NCBI GenBank assembly: GCA_965205505.1
Contig: CBDBHB010000009.1
Location: forward strand, 1,312,001-1,376,000
Direction of reading: 5' to 3'
Source: Acidobacteriota bacterium
GTDB taxonomy: Bacteria > Acidobacteriota > UBA890 > WLXD01
DNA length: 64,000 nt
Each line of letters opens with the position of its first letter. Position 1 is the stretch's first letter. The translations under genes and the position numbers were made by a program. The notes under the pieces were generated by a model. The model searched no databases. It saw only the letters and a program-made list of their open reading frames with translations, and was not told the origin of the DNA. Below, piece by piece: positions 10,605 to 20,031 of the stretch.

Positions 10605-12799
10605 CGTCGCTCGGCGCGGCGAACCGGGGTGGCGAACGACAGCTCACTCGCCGCAACGTGTTGCATACGGCCGCTGGGCTCACCTTCGGCCTGGTGGTCG
10701 CAGCTCCCGGCAACCCGTTTCGGATGGCCGCGGCCGCCGCTGCGACGTCGGAGCCGTTCGTTCCCAACGTCTGGGCAAACATCGCACCCGACGGAACCAT
10801 CACCATCCTCGCCCCCGCCGACGAGATGGGCCAGGGCTCGATGACCGCCTTGCCGATCATCTTCGCCGAGGAGCTCGATGCCGACTGGGACGCGGTTCGC
10901 ATCGAGTTCACCCCGGCGCAAGACGAACACTACGGCAACCCCGGTTACTACGGCCTGCTGATGACCGAGTCGAGCGCTTCGGTGGCCGGCTACTACGACC
11001 TGCTCCGACGTCAGGGCGCTCAGGCGAGGCGTGTCTTGTTGGATAGCGTGGCCTCCCGATGGGGCGTTCCGGTGGAGGAGCTGAACACCGAGCCGAGCGT
11101 TGTGGTGCACGCCAGAAGCGGCCGCCGCATCAACTATGGCGAGGTGGCCGCCACGGCTTCGCTGCCTGCCGCCATGCCCGAGATCAGCGACGCTGACCTC
11201 AAGGACCCGGCTGTCTTCCGGCTCATCGGTCACGATCTGCCGCGGCGCGATATTCCATCGAAGGTTACCGGGGCGGCGCAGTACAGCATCGATGTGAATC
11301 TGCCCGGCATGGTGTACGCGACTGTGGCTCGCGCACCGGTACCGGGTGCCGCGCTGCTGCGCGTCGACGACGAGGCCGCCAGAGCCGTGCCCGGGGTGCT
11401 CGACGTGGTGGCGCTGCCCTACGGCGTCGGGGTGGTGAGCGCCACGTACGAAGGCGCCATCGCCGCGGGTACGAAGCTGCAGATCGAATGGAGCTCCGCG
11501 GAAGGCGACGACTTCGACTCCGATGCGGAGCTCGAGGTGCACATGGAGATCGCCCGCGACCAGCCTACGCTGGCGGTTGAGGGCACGGGGGTAAGCACTT
11601 ACGAGCGGGAATACCGCACCGACTTCCTGTACCAGGCGCAGATGGAGCCGTTGAACGCGGTCGCCCAGGTCACGGACAACGGTCGGAGCGTCGAGATCTG
11701 GGCCGGCACTCAGGCTCCCACACACCTCGTCCACGCCGCCGCGGGCGCCCTCGGAATTCCGACCGACAAGGTCAAGTTGCATCGCATGTTCATTGGTGGC
11801 GGGTTCGGCCGTCGCAGCGACATGGACCATGACTGGGCCATCGACGCGGTGCTGCTGTCTCGTGCTGTCGGCCGGCCGGTGAAGTCGATTTGGACTCGGG
11901 AGCACGACGTCCAGTTCGGTCGCTTCAAGCCGATCAGCGCCCACTGCGTGCGTTGTGGGGTTGACGATCAAGGGAGGATCGTCGACTGGGGCCACCGCAC
12001 TGTCGGAGAGGACGTGATGAGCCGGGCCGATCCTCGCCTGGTCGCCGCGGTGCGAGACGGCACCCCCGAGCAGCACGCGGCGGTCTCCTGGGGTACGGGC
12101 GAGGAGTTTACCTACGACTTCGGACGCGCCTCGCGGCGGGTTCGCCGCCCGATCCCCACTCGCGTCTCTTGGATGCGCGGCGTCTCGTCAGCCCAGCAGC
12201 AGTTTGCTGCCGAGAGCTTCATCGATGAGGTGGCGGTCGCCGAGGGAGTCGATCCGGTGGAATTCCGCTTGCGGTTCCTGCTATCGGAGCAGGCGCGCAA
12301 GGTACTGCGAACCGTGGCCGACATGGCGAGTTGGGAATGGCGCGGCGAGCGAGCGCTGGGCGTTGCCTACACGCCCTCCTTCGGAACGATCATGGCGACG
12401 ATCGCCGAGGTCACGCTCGACGAGCAACGCGGCGCAATCCGCGTGCCGAACGTCTGGATGGCCGTCGACCTCGGTATCGCGGTGCAGCCGAGAAACGTCG
12501 TCGGCCAAATCGAGGGCGCCGTCATCTACGGCGCCAGCAACGCGTTGTACGAGCGCATTACGATGAAGAACGGGCGCGTCGAGCAGTCGAACTTCCACGA
12601 CTACGCCGTGATGCGAATGACCGACGCTCCCGAGACTCATGTCGAGCTGATCGACAGCGATCGCCCCCCCACGGGCATCGGCGATCGTGCGGTGCTCGGT
12701 ATCGCCCCGGCCATCGCCAACGCCTTCGCCGCCCTGACGGGTCGTCGCGTGTGCCACATGCCGATGAACCGTCAGCGTGTCCGGGAGGCGCTAGCCTGA
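10601..12799 (+). CDS. Molybdopterin-binding subunit, isoquinoline 1-oxidoreductase beta-like, Tat-exported
   Basis: LTRRNVL leader; EMGQG, AEELDADW, GGGFGRR, QSNFHDY, IAPAIANA motifs; start ATG 10601. Confidence 0.88.
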   Translation: MTSLGAANRGGERQLTRRNVLHTAAGLTFGLVVAAPGNPFRMAAAAAATSEPFVPNVWANIAPDGTITILAPADEMGQGSMTALPIIFAEELDADWDAVRIEFTPAQDEHYGNPGYYGLLMTESSASVAGYYDLLRRQGAQARRVLLDSVASRWGVPVEELNTEPSVVVHARSGRRINYGEVAATASLPAAMPEISDADLKDPAVFRLIGHDLPRRDIPSKVTGAAQYSIDVNLPGMVYATVARAPVPGAALLRVDDEAARAVPGVLDVVALPYGVGVVSATYEGAIAAGTKLQIEWSSAEGDDFDSDAELEVHMEIARDQPTLAVEGTGVSTYEREYRTDFLYQAQMEPLNAVAQVTDNGRSVEIWAGTQAPTHLVHAAAGALGIPTDKVKLHRMFIGGGFGRRSDMDHDWAIDAVLLSRAVGRPVKSIWTREHDVQFGRFKPISAHCVRCGVDDQGRIVDWGHRTVGEDVMSRADPRLVAAVRDGTPEQHAAVSWGTGEEFTYDFGRASRRVRRPIPTRVSWMRGVSSAQQQFAAESFIDEVAVAEGVDPVEFRLRFLLSEQARKVLRTVADMASWEWRGERALGVAYTPSFGTIMATIAEVTLDEQRGAIRVPNVWMAVDLGIAVQPRNVVGQIEGAVIYGASNALYERITMKNGRVEQSNFHDYAVMRMTDAPETHVELIDSDRPPTGIGDRAVLGIAPAIANAFAALTGRRVCHMPMNRQRVREALA

Positions 12800-12853
12800 C
12801 GTAGGCTGGAAGGTTAGCCTGGCCCTTTCTGAACCCCTGCTGACGAGGACCTC

Positions 12854-13513
12854 ATGCGCCCGCCTCGAGTTGCCGTTACCTTCGCCGTCGCCGCCATCGC
12901 CATCGCTGTTTTCGCTCTCACTGTGACCTCCGCGCCGGCGCAGGTAGGCATCAACCAGAGCCTGCTCAACCCGAACCTGGCCACCGAGCAGGAGCTCGCC
13001 GCGGTGCCGCACGTTGGTGTCGACGGCGCCGCGACCATCATCGGCGGAAGACCTTGGGTGAGCGTCGCAGCGCTCGACACGGCGATCGGCGGCGGGCTGA
13101 GCGACGAGCAGCGCGATGACGTCTACTCGCGTCTCTGGCTGCCAATCAACCTGAACGACGTGACCGACGCCGAGATTCAGCTGATTCCCGGGGTCGGCCC
13201 CCGTATCGCGCACGAGTTCGAAGAGTCCCGGCCGTATGCGGCGCTGCCGCAGTTTCGTCGAGAGATCGGCAAGTATGTCGACGACGACGAGGTCGCACGC
13301 CTCGAGCAGTACGTCTTCGTGCCGCTAGACCTGAACTCGGCCTCCGCGGAGCAGCTCGCAACGATTCCGGGAATTGGTCCGCGAATGATCCACGAGTTCG
13401 AGGAGTACCGTCCCTACGTGGCGATCGAGCAGTTTCGTCGGGAGATCGGTAAGTACGTCGACGACGACGAGGTGGCGCGCTTCGAGCGCTACGTGGTCGT
13501 CGAAGGCCACTAG
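12854..13513 (+). CDS. Exported helix-hairpin-helix (ComEA-like) repeat protein
   Basis: Signal peptide; three LNxA/HhH units (IPGVGPR, IPGIGPR); two near-identical ~60-aa modules. The stop TAG lies in the MITE-end CTAG. Confidence 0.75.
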   Translation: MRPPRVAVTFAVAAIAIAVFALTVTSAPAQVGINQSLLNPNLATEQELAAVPHVGVDGAATIIGGRPWVSVAALDTAIGGGLSDEQRDDVYSRLWLPINLNDVTDAEIQLIPGVGPRIAHEFEESRPYAALPQFRREIGKYVDDDEVARLEQYVFVPLDLNSASAEQLATIPGIGPRMIHEFEEYRPYVAIEQFRREIGKYVDDDEVARFERYVVVEGH

Positions 13514-14066
13514 TGGCCTGTAACAGATGATCGTTGCGTATCGTGGTGGCGAAATGGGTCCGGATGCCAGGCGCGACGACGAGACGATGTTTGCCCATCT
13601 TGGAGGAGGAGCAACGCCGCAGACGGGCCGATTTCGCAGCCATCCTGCGGACAGATGGGCAGTTGCGGGCGATATCGGCGTTGCGCCTCGTCGACGATGC
13701 CCCGGCAGGTCGTGGTGGAAGTGTGATGGGTCTGGTTACGCCGCCAAGGGCGCAGATCCAAGGCGCCGCGTCGCCGGCGATGCCCGTGCGCATCGTCTAG
13801 GAGCGGCAACGCCGGAGACGCGCCGTTGGCGGCGTAACCCGTAGGGCATAGGGCAAGTGGGAGTCACGGGCGATGGCGGCGTCTCTCCTCCTCGACGATG
13901 GCTCCAACATCGCCTCGTCGTCGATCCTTGCCCTAGCCCGTGAGTCCCACTTGCCAGACCCACCACACTTCCATCACGGCCTGCTAGCATCGCCTTCCTC
14001 GCCGCGCCTTGATCTCACCCGCAAATCCCATCTGCGATAGGCAACGATCATCTGCTACAGGCCACT
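13510..14066. mobile_element. MITE-like structured repeat, copy 1 (contains a nested element; right end interrupted by IS110)
   Basis: TIRs CTAGTGGCCTGTAACAGATGATCGTTGC ... GCAACGATCATCTGCTACAGGCCACT|AG; near-identical to the reverse complement of 27279-27556 apart from the ~285-bp insert. Confidence 0.85.
13702..13987. repeat. Nested second structured repeat/MITE with 31-bp inverted arms
   Basis: 13705-13735 versus 13954-13984 (28/31 complementary), ending in CTAG. Inner stems 13734-13747/13826-13839 and 13852-13871/13936-13955. Absent from copy 2. Confidence 0.8.
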
Positions 14067-14080
14067 TCTATGAGAAGGCC

Positions 14081-14326
14081 TAGTTCGGTCAAGGGCAATG
14101 TGGTGCCCAGCGAAGAATCGATCTGCACGCCATGCTCCTATTCGCACTCTGGTGGACGAGGATTCAGGTCGTCCGGTGCATTCTGGGGTCCGTCCCGATT
14201 CGAGGCGCTGCAATCTAGCTGCCGAGCTCGAAGCTCGTAGTGACCTTCGCAGTCGCCCGGACCGGGCGGTCAGATCGATAACCGTTGGGTCGCGTCGCCC
14301 TACCGACCTCCTGGTTGCGGGTTAGT
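14081..14326 (-). ncRNA. Putative bridge RNA/seekRNA in the 3' non-coding region of the IS1111-type element
   Basis: ~245-nt non-coding region downstream of the transposase. Stem-internal loop-hairpin carries AGGTCACTA (target AGGCCACTA) and CTAG; a second loop carries ATAGGAG (donor ATAGAAG). Boundaries uncertain. Confidence 0.6.
14087..14092 (-). promoter_or_regulatory. Outward-facing -35 (TTGACC) for a circle-junction promoter
   Basis: TTGACC-16 nt-TAGAAG at the IS right end, the arrangement known for IS1111-group junction promoters. Confidence 0.45.
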
Positions 14327-15373
14327 TCATGCTGCTGAAACCTCTACAGGTGCGCGCAACGGTTCGTACTCGTCTCCACTCAGCCACAGTCGGTGCAGCA
14401 CAACGGCGAGCTTACGGGCGACAGCAACTGCTGCCTTTTTGTTGCCATGAGGACCACCGCGTCCGGCCAGCTTGAGCCCCCAGCGTCTGAGCTCAGTATC
14501 GGGCCCGAAGGGGCCCAGGATGTAATGCGCCGAGCCCACCAACAGGCGTCGGAGCATTTTGTCGCCCGCCTTGGTTATTCGTAGCGCAGGGTCCTTGTCC
14601 CCCGACTGCCGTTTCTTCGGTCTCAGTCCCAGGTACGGGCCCACGGCTCTGGAGGTATTGAACCGCTCCGGCTCCTCGAGCGTCAGCACATACGCCAGTG
14701 CGGTCAGAGCTCCGACCCCGGCCACTTGCTGGAGCTGCTGTGTCTCCGGGTATCGCCCCTGGCACAGCTGCGCGATCTGACGCTCGTATTGCTGGATGTT
14801 GCCCGTCAGCATGGCGATCGTTTCAAGCACCGGCTCGAGCGCTCCCTTGAGCCGCTCCGGTATGTGCTCTGGCGCGGTGCGCGCGAACGCCGGCGTCGAG
14901 CACCTGGGAATACGACAACCGGCCGACTTGACCGCACCACGCACATGGCTCACCAACTGCGTGCGGCTCTTTACCAGAGCATCTCGGCTCCGAATCACGG
15001 CTAGATCCGCTCGCGCTTGTCTGCCTCGATGCTGCACCGTCTTAAGCAGCTTTGGGTCCATTCTGCCCACTCGTGCCAGGTGCTCGGCATCCAACCGGTC
15101 GGTCTTGTCGTGCTCGCCATAGATCAGCTTCAGCCGCCTCGGGTTAGCCACCAGCACCTCATGACCCAGTTGCTTCAACTGCTCACTCATCCACGGCGAG
15201 TGCGTTCCAACCTCCAGCACTACTCGAGCGGGCTCCTCGCACCCGAACCGCCTCGCCAGCCCCTCCGGGCTCGTCCTCACCCGCCCTTCCTCCATCACCC
15301 TGCCCTTACTGTCGAGCACGCACATACGGCTGTACCGGTCGCTTACGTCCAGTCCAATCGTTACACTCCTCAT
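14327..15373 (-). CDS. IS110-family transposase/recombinase
   Basis: RuvC-like DEDD residues (IGLDVS, VLEVG, KTDRLDA) and C-terminal Tnp domain with RQSG serine; KKAAVAVARKLA. Confidence 0.95.
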   Translation of the reverse strand: MRSVTIGLDVSDRYSRMCVLDSKGRVMEEGRVRTSPEGLARRFGCEEPARVVLEVGTHSPWMSEQLKQLGHEVLVANPRRLKLIYGEHDKTDRLDAEHLARVGRMDPKLLKTVQHRGRQARADLAVIRSRDALVKSRTQLVSHVRGAVKSAGCRIPRCSTPAFARTAPEHIPERLKGALEPVLETIAMLTGNIQQYERQIAQLCQGRYPETQQLQQVAGVGALTALAYVLTLEEPERFNTSRAVGPYLGLRPKKRQSGDKDPALRITKAGDKMLRRLLVGSAHYILGPFGPDTELRRWGLKLAGRGGPHGNKKAAVAVARKLAVVLHRLWLSGDEYEPLRAPVEVSAA

Positions 15374-15535
15374 CGGCCAACCTCCTTGGGCTTCGAGCCC
15401 GTTACGTTTGAAGAAACGTTTGCAGAGCCGTCAGGCTACTGCGTTCAGGAGGTTGGCCTTCTCATCTCATCTAGAGCTTGCCCCCATCTCGACCCAGCAA
15501 TATGCAACGAACCTCTGTTACAGGACACTAGCTCG

Positions 15536-16015
15536 ATGGTCCGACCGGCTCCTGCAGGTGGCGCCGGGATCACGAACGGCGTTGCCACGGCTGGCGGGCT
15601 TCGTCGTGGTGTGCTCGCGATCCTCCTGTTCGGCAGCATCGGGGTGCTCATCGAGCTGTTGCTGATAGGGCATACGGAGGACTGGTGGCAGATACTTCCG
15701 CTGGCCTTGCTCGGTGGCGTCATCGTCGTCGCCACGGCTGCTTGGTTTGCTTCCAGTGGCGCCGTGCTGTTGACGTTGCGCGTGCTGATGTGGGCTTGCG
15801 TGCTGAGCGGCGCGACGGGCCAGTGGCTGCACTATTCAGGCAACGCCGAGTTCGAACGGGAGATGTATCCGAACATTGCCGGGGTGGAGCTGCTGCGGGA
15901 GTCGATGAGCGGCGCCACCCCGGTGCTGGCCCCCGGAACGATGACCGTGATCGGTCTGCTGGGCCTGGTGTTCTCCTGGCGGCACCCCTCCTCGAAAGCT
16001 GGAGTTGAACCATGA
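15536..16015 (+). CDS. Hypothetical membrane protein (~4 TM)
   Basis: Hydrophobic segments, ELLLIGHTE and GATPVLAPG; overlaps the next start (ATGA). Confidence 0.65.
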   Translation: MVRPAPAGGAGITNGVATAGGLRRGVLAILLFGSIGVLIELLLIGHTEDWWQILPLALLGGVIVVATAAWFASSGAVLLTLRVLMWACVLSGATGQWLHYSGNAEFEREMYPNIAGVELLRESMSGATPVLAPGTMTVIGLLGLVFSWRHPSSKAGVEP

Positions 16016-17317
16016 GCATGAGACGTATTGCCCCTGTCGTTCTTGCCCTTGCCGCCACCCTGCCTGCGGTGAGTCTCGCTCAGGGTGGAGGGGCGGTGCT
16101 CATTCGGGCCGAGCGCCTGATCGATGGGCTAGGCAACGTCATCGAGCCCGGCCGGATCCTGATCGAGGGAGAGCGGATAGTCTCGGTTGGCCCGGAGCTT
16201 ACGGCGCCGGCTGGCACGCGGACAATCGATCTCGGGGACGCCACCATCCTTCCGGGCCTGATCGATTTCGCACACGCACCTCACCTCCGAGGTCGGGGTG
16301 CACTGGGAGGAGGTGCTGATCACCACGACTCCTGGTGAGTCGGCGTTGTACGGGGCCGCCAACGCGCTAGCGACGCTGCGTGCGGGTTTCACGACGGTTC
16401 GCGACATGGGCCCGGAATGGCCGTACACCGACGTCGATCTTCAGAAGGTGATCGACGCCGGTGTGCTCCCGGGACCGCGCATGCAGGTCGCGGGCAATTA
16501 CGTTTCGGCCACGGGCGGGGCGGGGGATGCGCGTCAGTTCTCCATCTACGTTGACGTGCCGACGGTGCGCAACCTTGCCGACGGCGTCGACGCTGTACGT
16601 GCCATGATTCGAACCAACTTCAAGCACGGCGCCAATTTTACCAAGATCCTCGCCACCGGCGCGGTGCTGTCGCGTGGGATTTCCCCAGGTGCTCAGCAGT
16701 ACTCTGACGAGGAGTTGATCGTCGCAGTGGAGGAGACAACCCGCCGGGAAGGGTTCGTTGCGGCCCACGCCCACGGGGCCGAGGGCATCAAGGCGGCCAT
16801 CCGTGCCGGGGTGCGCACCAGCGATCACGGCTCGATGCTGGACGACGAGGGCCTGGAGATGCTCGCCGCCAGCGACTCCACCTTCTACGTTCCGACCCTG
16901 TACGTCGGCGTGATCATTCCGCGCGACGGACCCAGCCTGGGAATTCCGCAGGACCAGATCCAGCGATCGCTGGAGATGATGAGGTTCCGCAATGCGACCT
17001 TCCGTCGCGCCGTGGAGCGCGGGCTGACGATCGGGTTCGGTACCGATGCCGGCGTCTTCGAGCACGGACACAACGCGCGCGAGTTCCAGGAGCGCACCGA
17101 GAACGGTGAGAGCGAGCTCGACGCGATCACCTCGGCCACCAGCGTGTCGGCGATGATAATGGGCTGGGAAGACCGAGTGGGCAGTCTCGAGGTCGGCAAG
17201 CTTGCCGACGTGATCGCGGTGGCCGGCAACCCGCTCGACAACATCACCGTGATGGAGCGCGTGATGTTCGTGATGAAGGGCGGCGAGGTCTACCGGAACG
17301 ACGGCGAGTCGCGCTAG
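16012..17317 (+). pseudogene. Exported amidohydrolase (Xaa-Pro dipeptidase-like), frameshifted near 16266-16268
   Basis: Removing one T from GATTTCG gives LPGLIDSHTHL in frame with AGFTTVRDMG, AHAHG and GTDAGV. May be a sequencing error. Confidence 0.8.
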
Positions 17318-17343
17318 CACAGGGCGCGGCGAGTCAGATGGAA

Positions 17344-19011
17344 TCAGGACGCCGCCGCGTGTGTGTGAAAGGGGGCCGTGGAGGGCTCCAGCAGCGTATC
17401 TCCGCGGATCATGTCGGCGGCCTTCTCGGCGATCATCAGCACCGGTGCGTAGATGTTGCCGTTGGTGATGGACGGCATGGCTGACGCGTCCACCACGCGA
17501 AGGCCGTCCAGGGCGTGCACCCGTAGCTCGGCGTCGGTCACCGCGCCATCGTCCGCACCCATACGACAGGTACAGCACGGATGGTAGGCGCTCTCGCCCT
17601 CGCGGGCGACGAAGCTCAGGATGTCCTCGTCCGTCTCGACCTCGACGCCGGGCACCAGCTCCTCACCCCGGAGCGGCTCGAGGGCCGGCTGGTTCATGAT
17701 GTGGCGCGCGCAGCGTATGGCCTCCACCCACTCGCGCCGATCCTGCTCCGTGGAGACATAGTTGAAACGAATGGAAGGATGCTCGTCCGGATCGGAGGAG
17801 CGGATCCGCACCCACCCGCGTGCGTCGGAAAGGGTGGGCCCCACGTGTACCTGGTAGCCGTGGCCCGAGTTAGGGGCCGAACCGTCGTAGCGGATAGCGA
17901 TGGGAAGGAAGTGGAACTGCACGTTGGGAATGTCTACCTGGTCGTTGCTTCGGATGAAGCCGCCAGCCTCGAACTGGTTGCTGGCGCCGATACCGCGGCG
18001 GCCGAAGAGCCACTTGGCGCCGATCCATGGCTGGCGCCACCAGGCCAGCGCCGGGTAGAGGCTTACCGGCTGGGTGCAGGCGTACTGCACGTAGACTTCC
18101 AGATGATCTTGGAGAGTCTCGCCCACCCCGGGTAGGTCCTGGATCACCTTGATTCCCAGTCGCTTCAGTCGGTCGGCGGGACCCACGCCGGAGAGCTGCA
18201 ACAACTGGGGCGAGTTGATGGCGCCGCCGCAGCAGATGATCTCGTTGCCGTATGCGGCATGTTGCTGCCCGCCGTGCCGGTACTCGACACCTACCGCCCG
18301 ACGTTCGTCGAAGAGGATGCGCGTGGTGAGCGCCCGGCACTTCAGGGTGAGGTTCTTGCGGCGCTTGATCGGGTGGTAGTAGGCGCGAGCGGTACTCCAG
18401 CGGCGTCCCCGGTAGGTGGTGCGGTCAAAGCCCGAGAAGCCCTCTTGCTGGAAGCCGTTGACATCCTCAGTCAGCGGGTAACCGGCTTGCTGCGCCGCCG
18501 CGAAAAAGGCCTCGACGAGCGGGCCGTCGCATCTCGGCGTGGTAAGAAACAGCGGCCCCGAATCGCCGTGGTAGGTGTCGGCGCCGGACAGCCGGTGCTC
18601 CAGGCGGCGGAAGTAGGGCAGGCAGTGCGCAAAGTTCCAGTCTGCCAGCCCCGGTTCGCGCCCCCATCTCTCGTAGTCGAGCGGGTTGCCACGGATCCAG
18701 ACCATGCCATTGATGGAGCTGGAGCCGCCGAGCACTTTCCCCCGCGGTTGGTATATCCGCCGTCCACCCATGCCGGGCTCCGGACCGGACTCGTACCACC
18801 AGTTGTACGTGTGCCCAGCCAGCGGCCACGCCAGGGCAGCCGGCATGTGGATGCGAAAATCCCAGCGATGGTCCATCGGCCCCGCCTCCAGCACCAGCAC
18901 CCGCGCGGAGGGATCTGCGCTGAGGCGATTGGCCAACACGCATCCGGCCGAGCCACCGCCGACGATGACGATGTCCCAGGTTGTTTCTTTGCTCGGCGTG
19001 CGCTCAACCAC
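17344..19011 (-). CDS. betA: Choline dehydrogenase (GMC oxidoreductase)
   Basis: GGGSAG, RIHMPAAL, GKVLGGSSSINGM, LQDHLEVYVQ, ESAYHPCCTC, ITNGNIYAPVLMIAEKAAD. Confidence 0.9.
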   Translation of the reverse strand: MVERTPSKETTWDIVIVGGGSAGCVLANRLSADPSARVLVLEAGPMDHRWDFRIHMPAALAWPLAGHTYNWWYESGPEPGMGGRRIYQPRGKVLGGSSSINGMVWIRGNPLDYERWGREPGLADWNFAHCLPYFRRLEHRLSGADTYHGDSGPLFLTTPRCDGPLVEAFFAAAQQAGYPLTEDVNGFQQEGFSGFDRTTYRGRRWSTARAYYHPIKRRKNLTLKCRALTTRILFDERRAVGVEYRHGGQQHAAYGNEIICCGGAINSPQLLQLSGVGPADRLKRLGIKVIQDLPGVGETLQDHLEVYVQYACTQPVSLYPALAWWRQPWIGAKWLFGRRGIGASNQFEAGGFIRSNDQVDIPNVQFHFLPIAIRYDGSAPNSGHGYQVHVGPTLSDARGWVRIRSSDPDEHPSIRFNYVSTEQDRREWVEAIRCARHIMNQPALEPLRGEELVPGVEVETDEDILSFVAREGESAYHPCCTCRMGADDGAVTDAELRVHALDGLRVVDASAMPSITNGNIYAPVLMIAEKAADMIRGDTLLEPSTAPFHTHAAAS

Positions 19012-19083
19012 CGGCCGACTCTATCAAGCTCGGAGCCCGTTGGCGCATTGTTGCCCGTGCGGCGCGCCGCACCGGCTGCGGGG

Positions 19084-20031
19084 TCAGCCCTGTAGCTTCT
19101 CCAGCAATTGCAGCGTCGGTCGCGGGTTCTGCATGACGTACAGGTGGATGGCCGGCACGTCGTGCGCCAGCAGATCCTCGATCTGCTGGCGTGCCCAATC
19201 GATTCCGACTTCGGTGACTGCGTCATCGTCGGCCGCTTCTACCGCATCGACGAGCTCGGGCGGCAGGTGGATGAAGAATGACTTCGGCAGTAACGTCAGC
19301 TGTCGCTTGGCGGTGAGCACCTTCAGCGCCGGGATGATCGGCGCCTCGATGCCCATCTCACGACACAGCCGCACGTAGTCGTAGTAGCTCTGGTTGTTGA
19401 AGAACATCTGGGTGACGACATAATGCGCGCCGGCGTCGAGCTTGCGCTTCAGCCAGCGAACGTCGGCTTCCAGGTTGGGGGCCTGGATGTGCTTCTCGGG
19501 GTATCCGGCCACACCGATCTCGAAGCGGATCGGAGAGCCCTCGCGAGGCGTCGATACGTACTTGCCCTCGCCCAGATCGCGAATCTGCCGCACCAGCTCG
19601 AGGGCGTTTTCGTTGCGGGTTCGATTGTCGGTGAGCGGCTTGTCGTAGCCGTGGTCGTCGCCGGCGATCGCCAGCACGGTTTCGATGCCGACGTAGCTCG
19701 TGTCGATGAGGAAATCCTCGGTCTCCTGGCGCGTGAAGCCCTTGCAGACGACGTGCGGGACGGTGGGGATGCCGTACTTGTGCTGGATCAGCGAGCTAGC
19801 CGCGAGCGTGCCGGGTCGGCGCCGGACGATGTGCCGCTTGAGCCCGTCAGGACCTTCTTCATACGTCACCACACCGGCGTGGCTGGTGACGTCGATGAAG
19901 GCGGGACGGTAAGGCAGCAGCGCCTCGACGGTCTCGAGCAACGGTGCGATGGTGCCGCCGCGTAGCGGCGGCAGCAGCTCGAAGCTGAAGAAGGGCGCTT
20001 CGGCCGCGGCGATTCGCTCGGTGATTCTCAA
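19084..20031 (-). CDS. metF: Methylenetetrahydrofolate reductase
   Basis: FSFELLPP, GVAGYPEKH, YVVTQMFF motifs; TTG start. Confidence 0.9.
   Translation of the reverse strand: MRITERIAAAEAPFFSFELLPPLRGGTIAPLLETVEALLPYRPAFIDVTSHAGVVTYEEGPDGLKRHIVRRRPGTLAASSLIQHKYGIPTVPHVVCKGFTRQETEDFLIDTSYVGIETVLAIAGDDHGYDKPLTDNRTRNENALELVRQIRDLGEGKYVSTPREGSPIRFEIGVAGYPEKHIQAPNLEADVRWLKRKLDAGAHYVVTQMFFNNQSYYDYVRLCREMGIEAPIIPALKVLTAKRQLTLLPKSFFIHLPPELVDAVEAADDDAVTEVGIDWARQQIEDLLAHDVPAIHLYVMQNPRPTLQLLEKLQG

Larger units (their letters stand above)
14067..15472 (-). mobile_element. IS110-family, IS1111-group insertion sequence
   Basis: 11-bp sub-terminal IRs ATGAGAAGGCC (14070-14080) and GGCCTTCTCAT (15455-15465), 3 and 7 nt from the ends. 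CT core at both junctions. Removal restores CAGGCCACTAG. Confidence 0.88.

Noticed and set aside
10553-12076. Long antisense or alternate-frame ORFs (e.g. 10553-12076, 16367-17578, 22647-23882, 25676-27133, 40484-41710, 54565-55857)
   Set aside because: Shadow ORFs expected opposite real genes in high-GC DNA; no motifs.
13510-13844. ORFs MIVAYRGGEMG... and MRIVVAKWVR..., repeated at 27279-27556
   Set aside because: They are translations of the palindromic MITE, present on both strands, with no protein motifs.
14150-14185. Left donor guide of the bridge RNA (AATGCACC or CCTCGTCC versus TCTCATCT)
   Set aside because: The match is too weak to claim.
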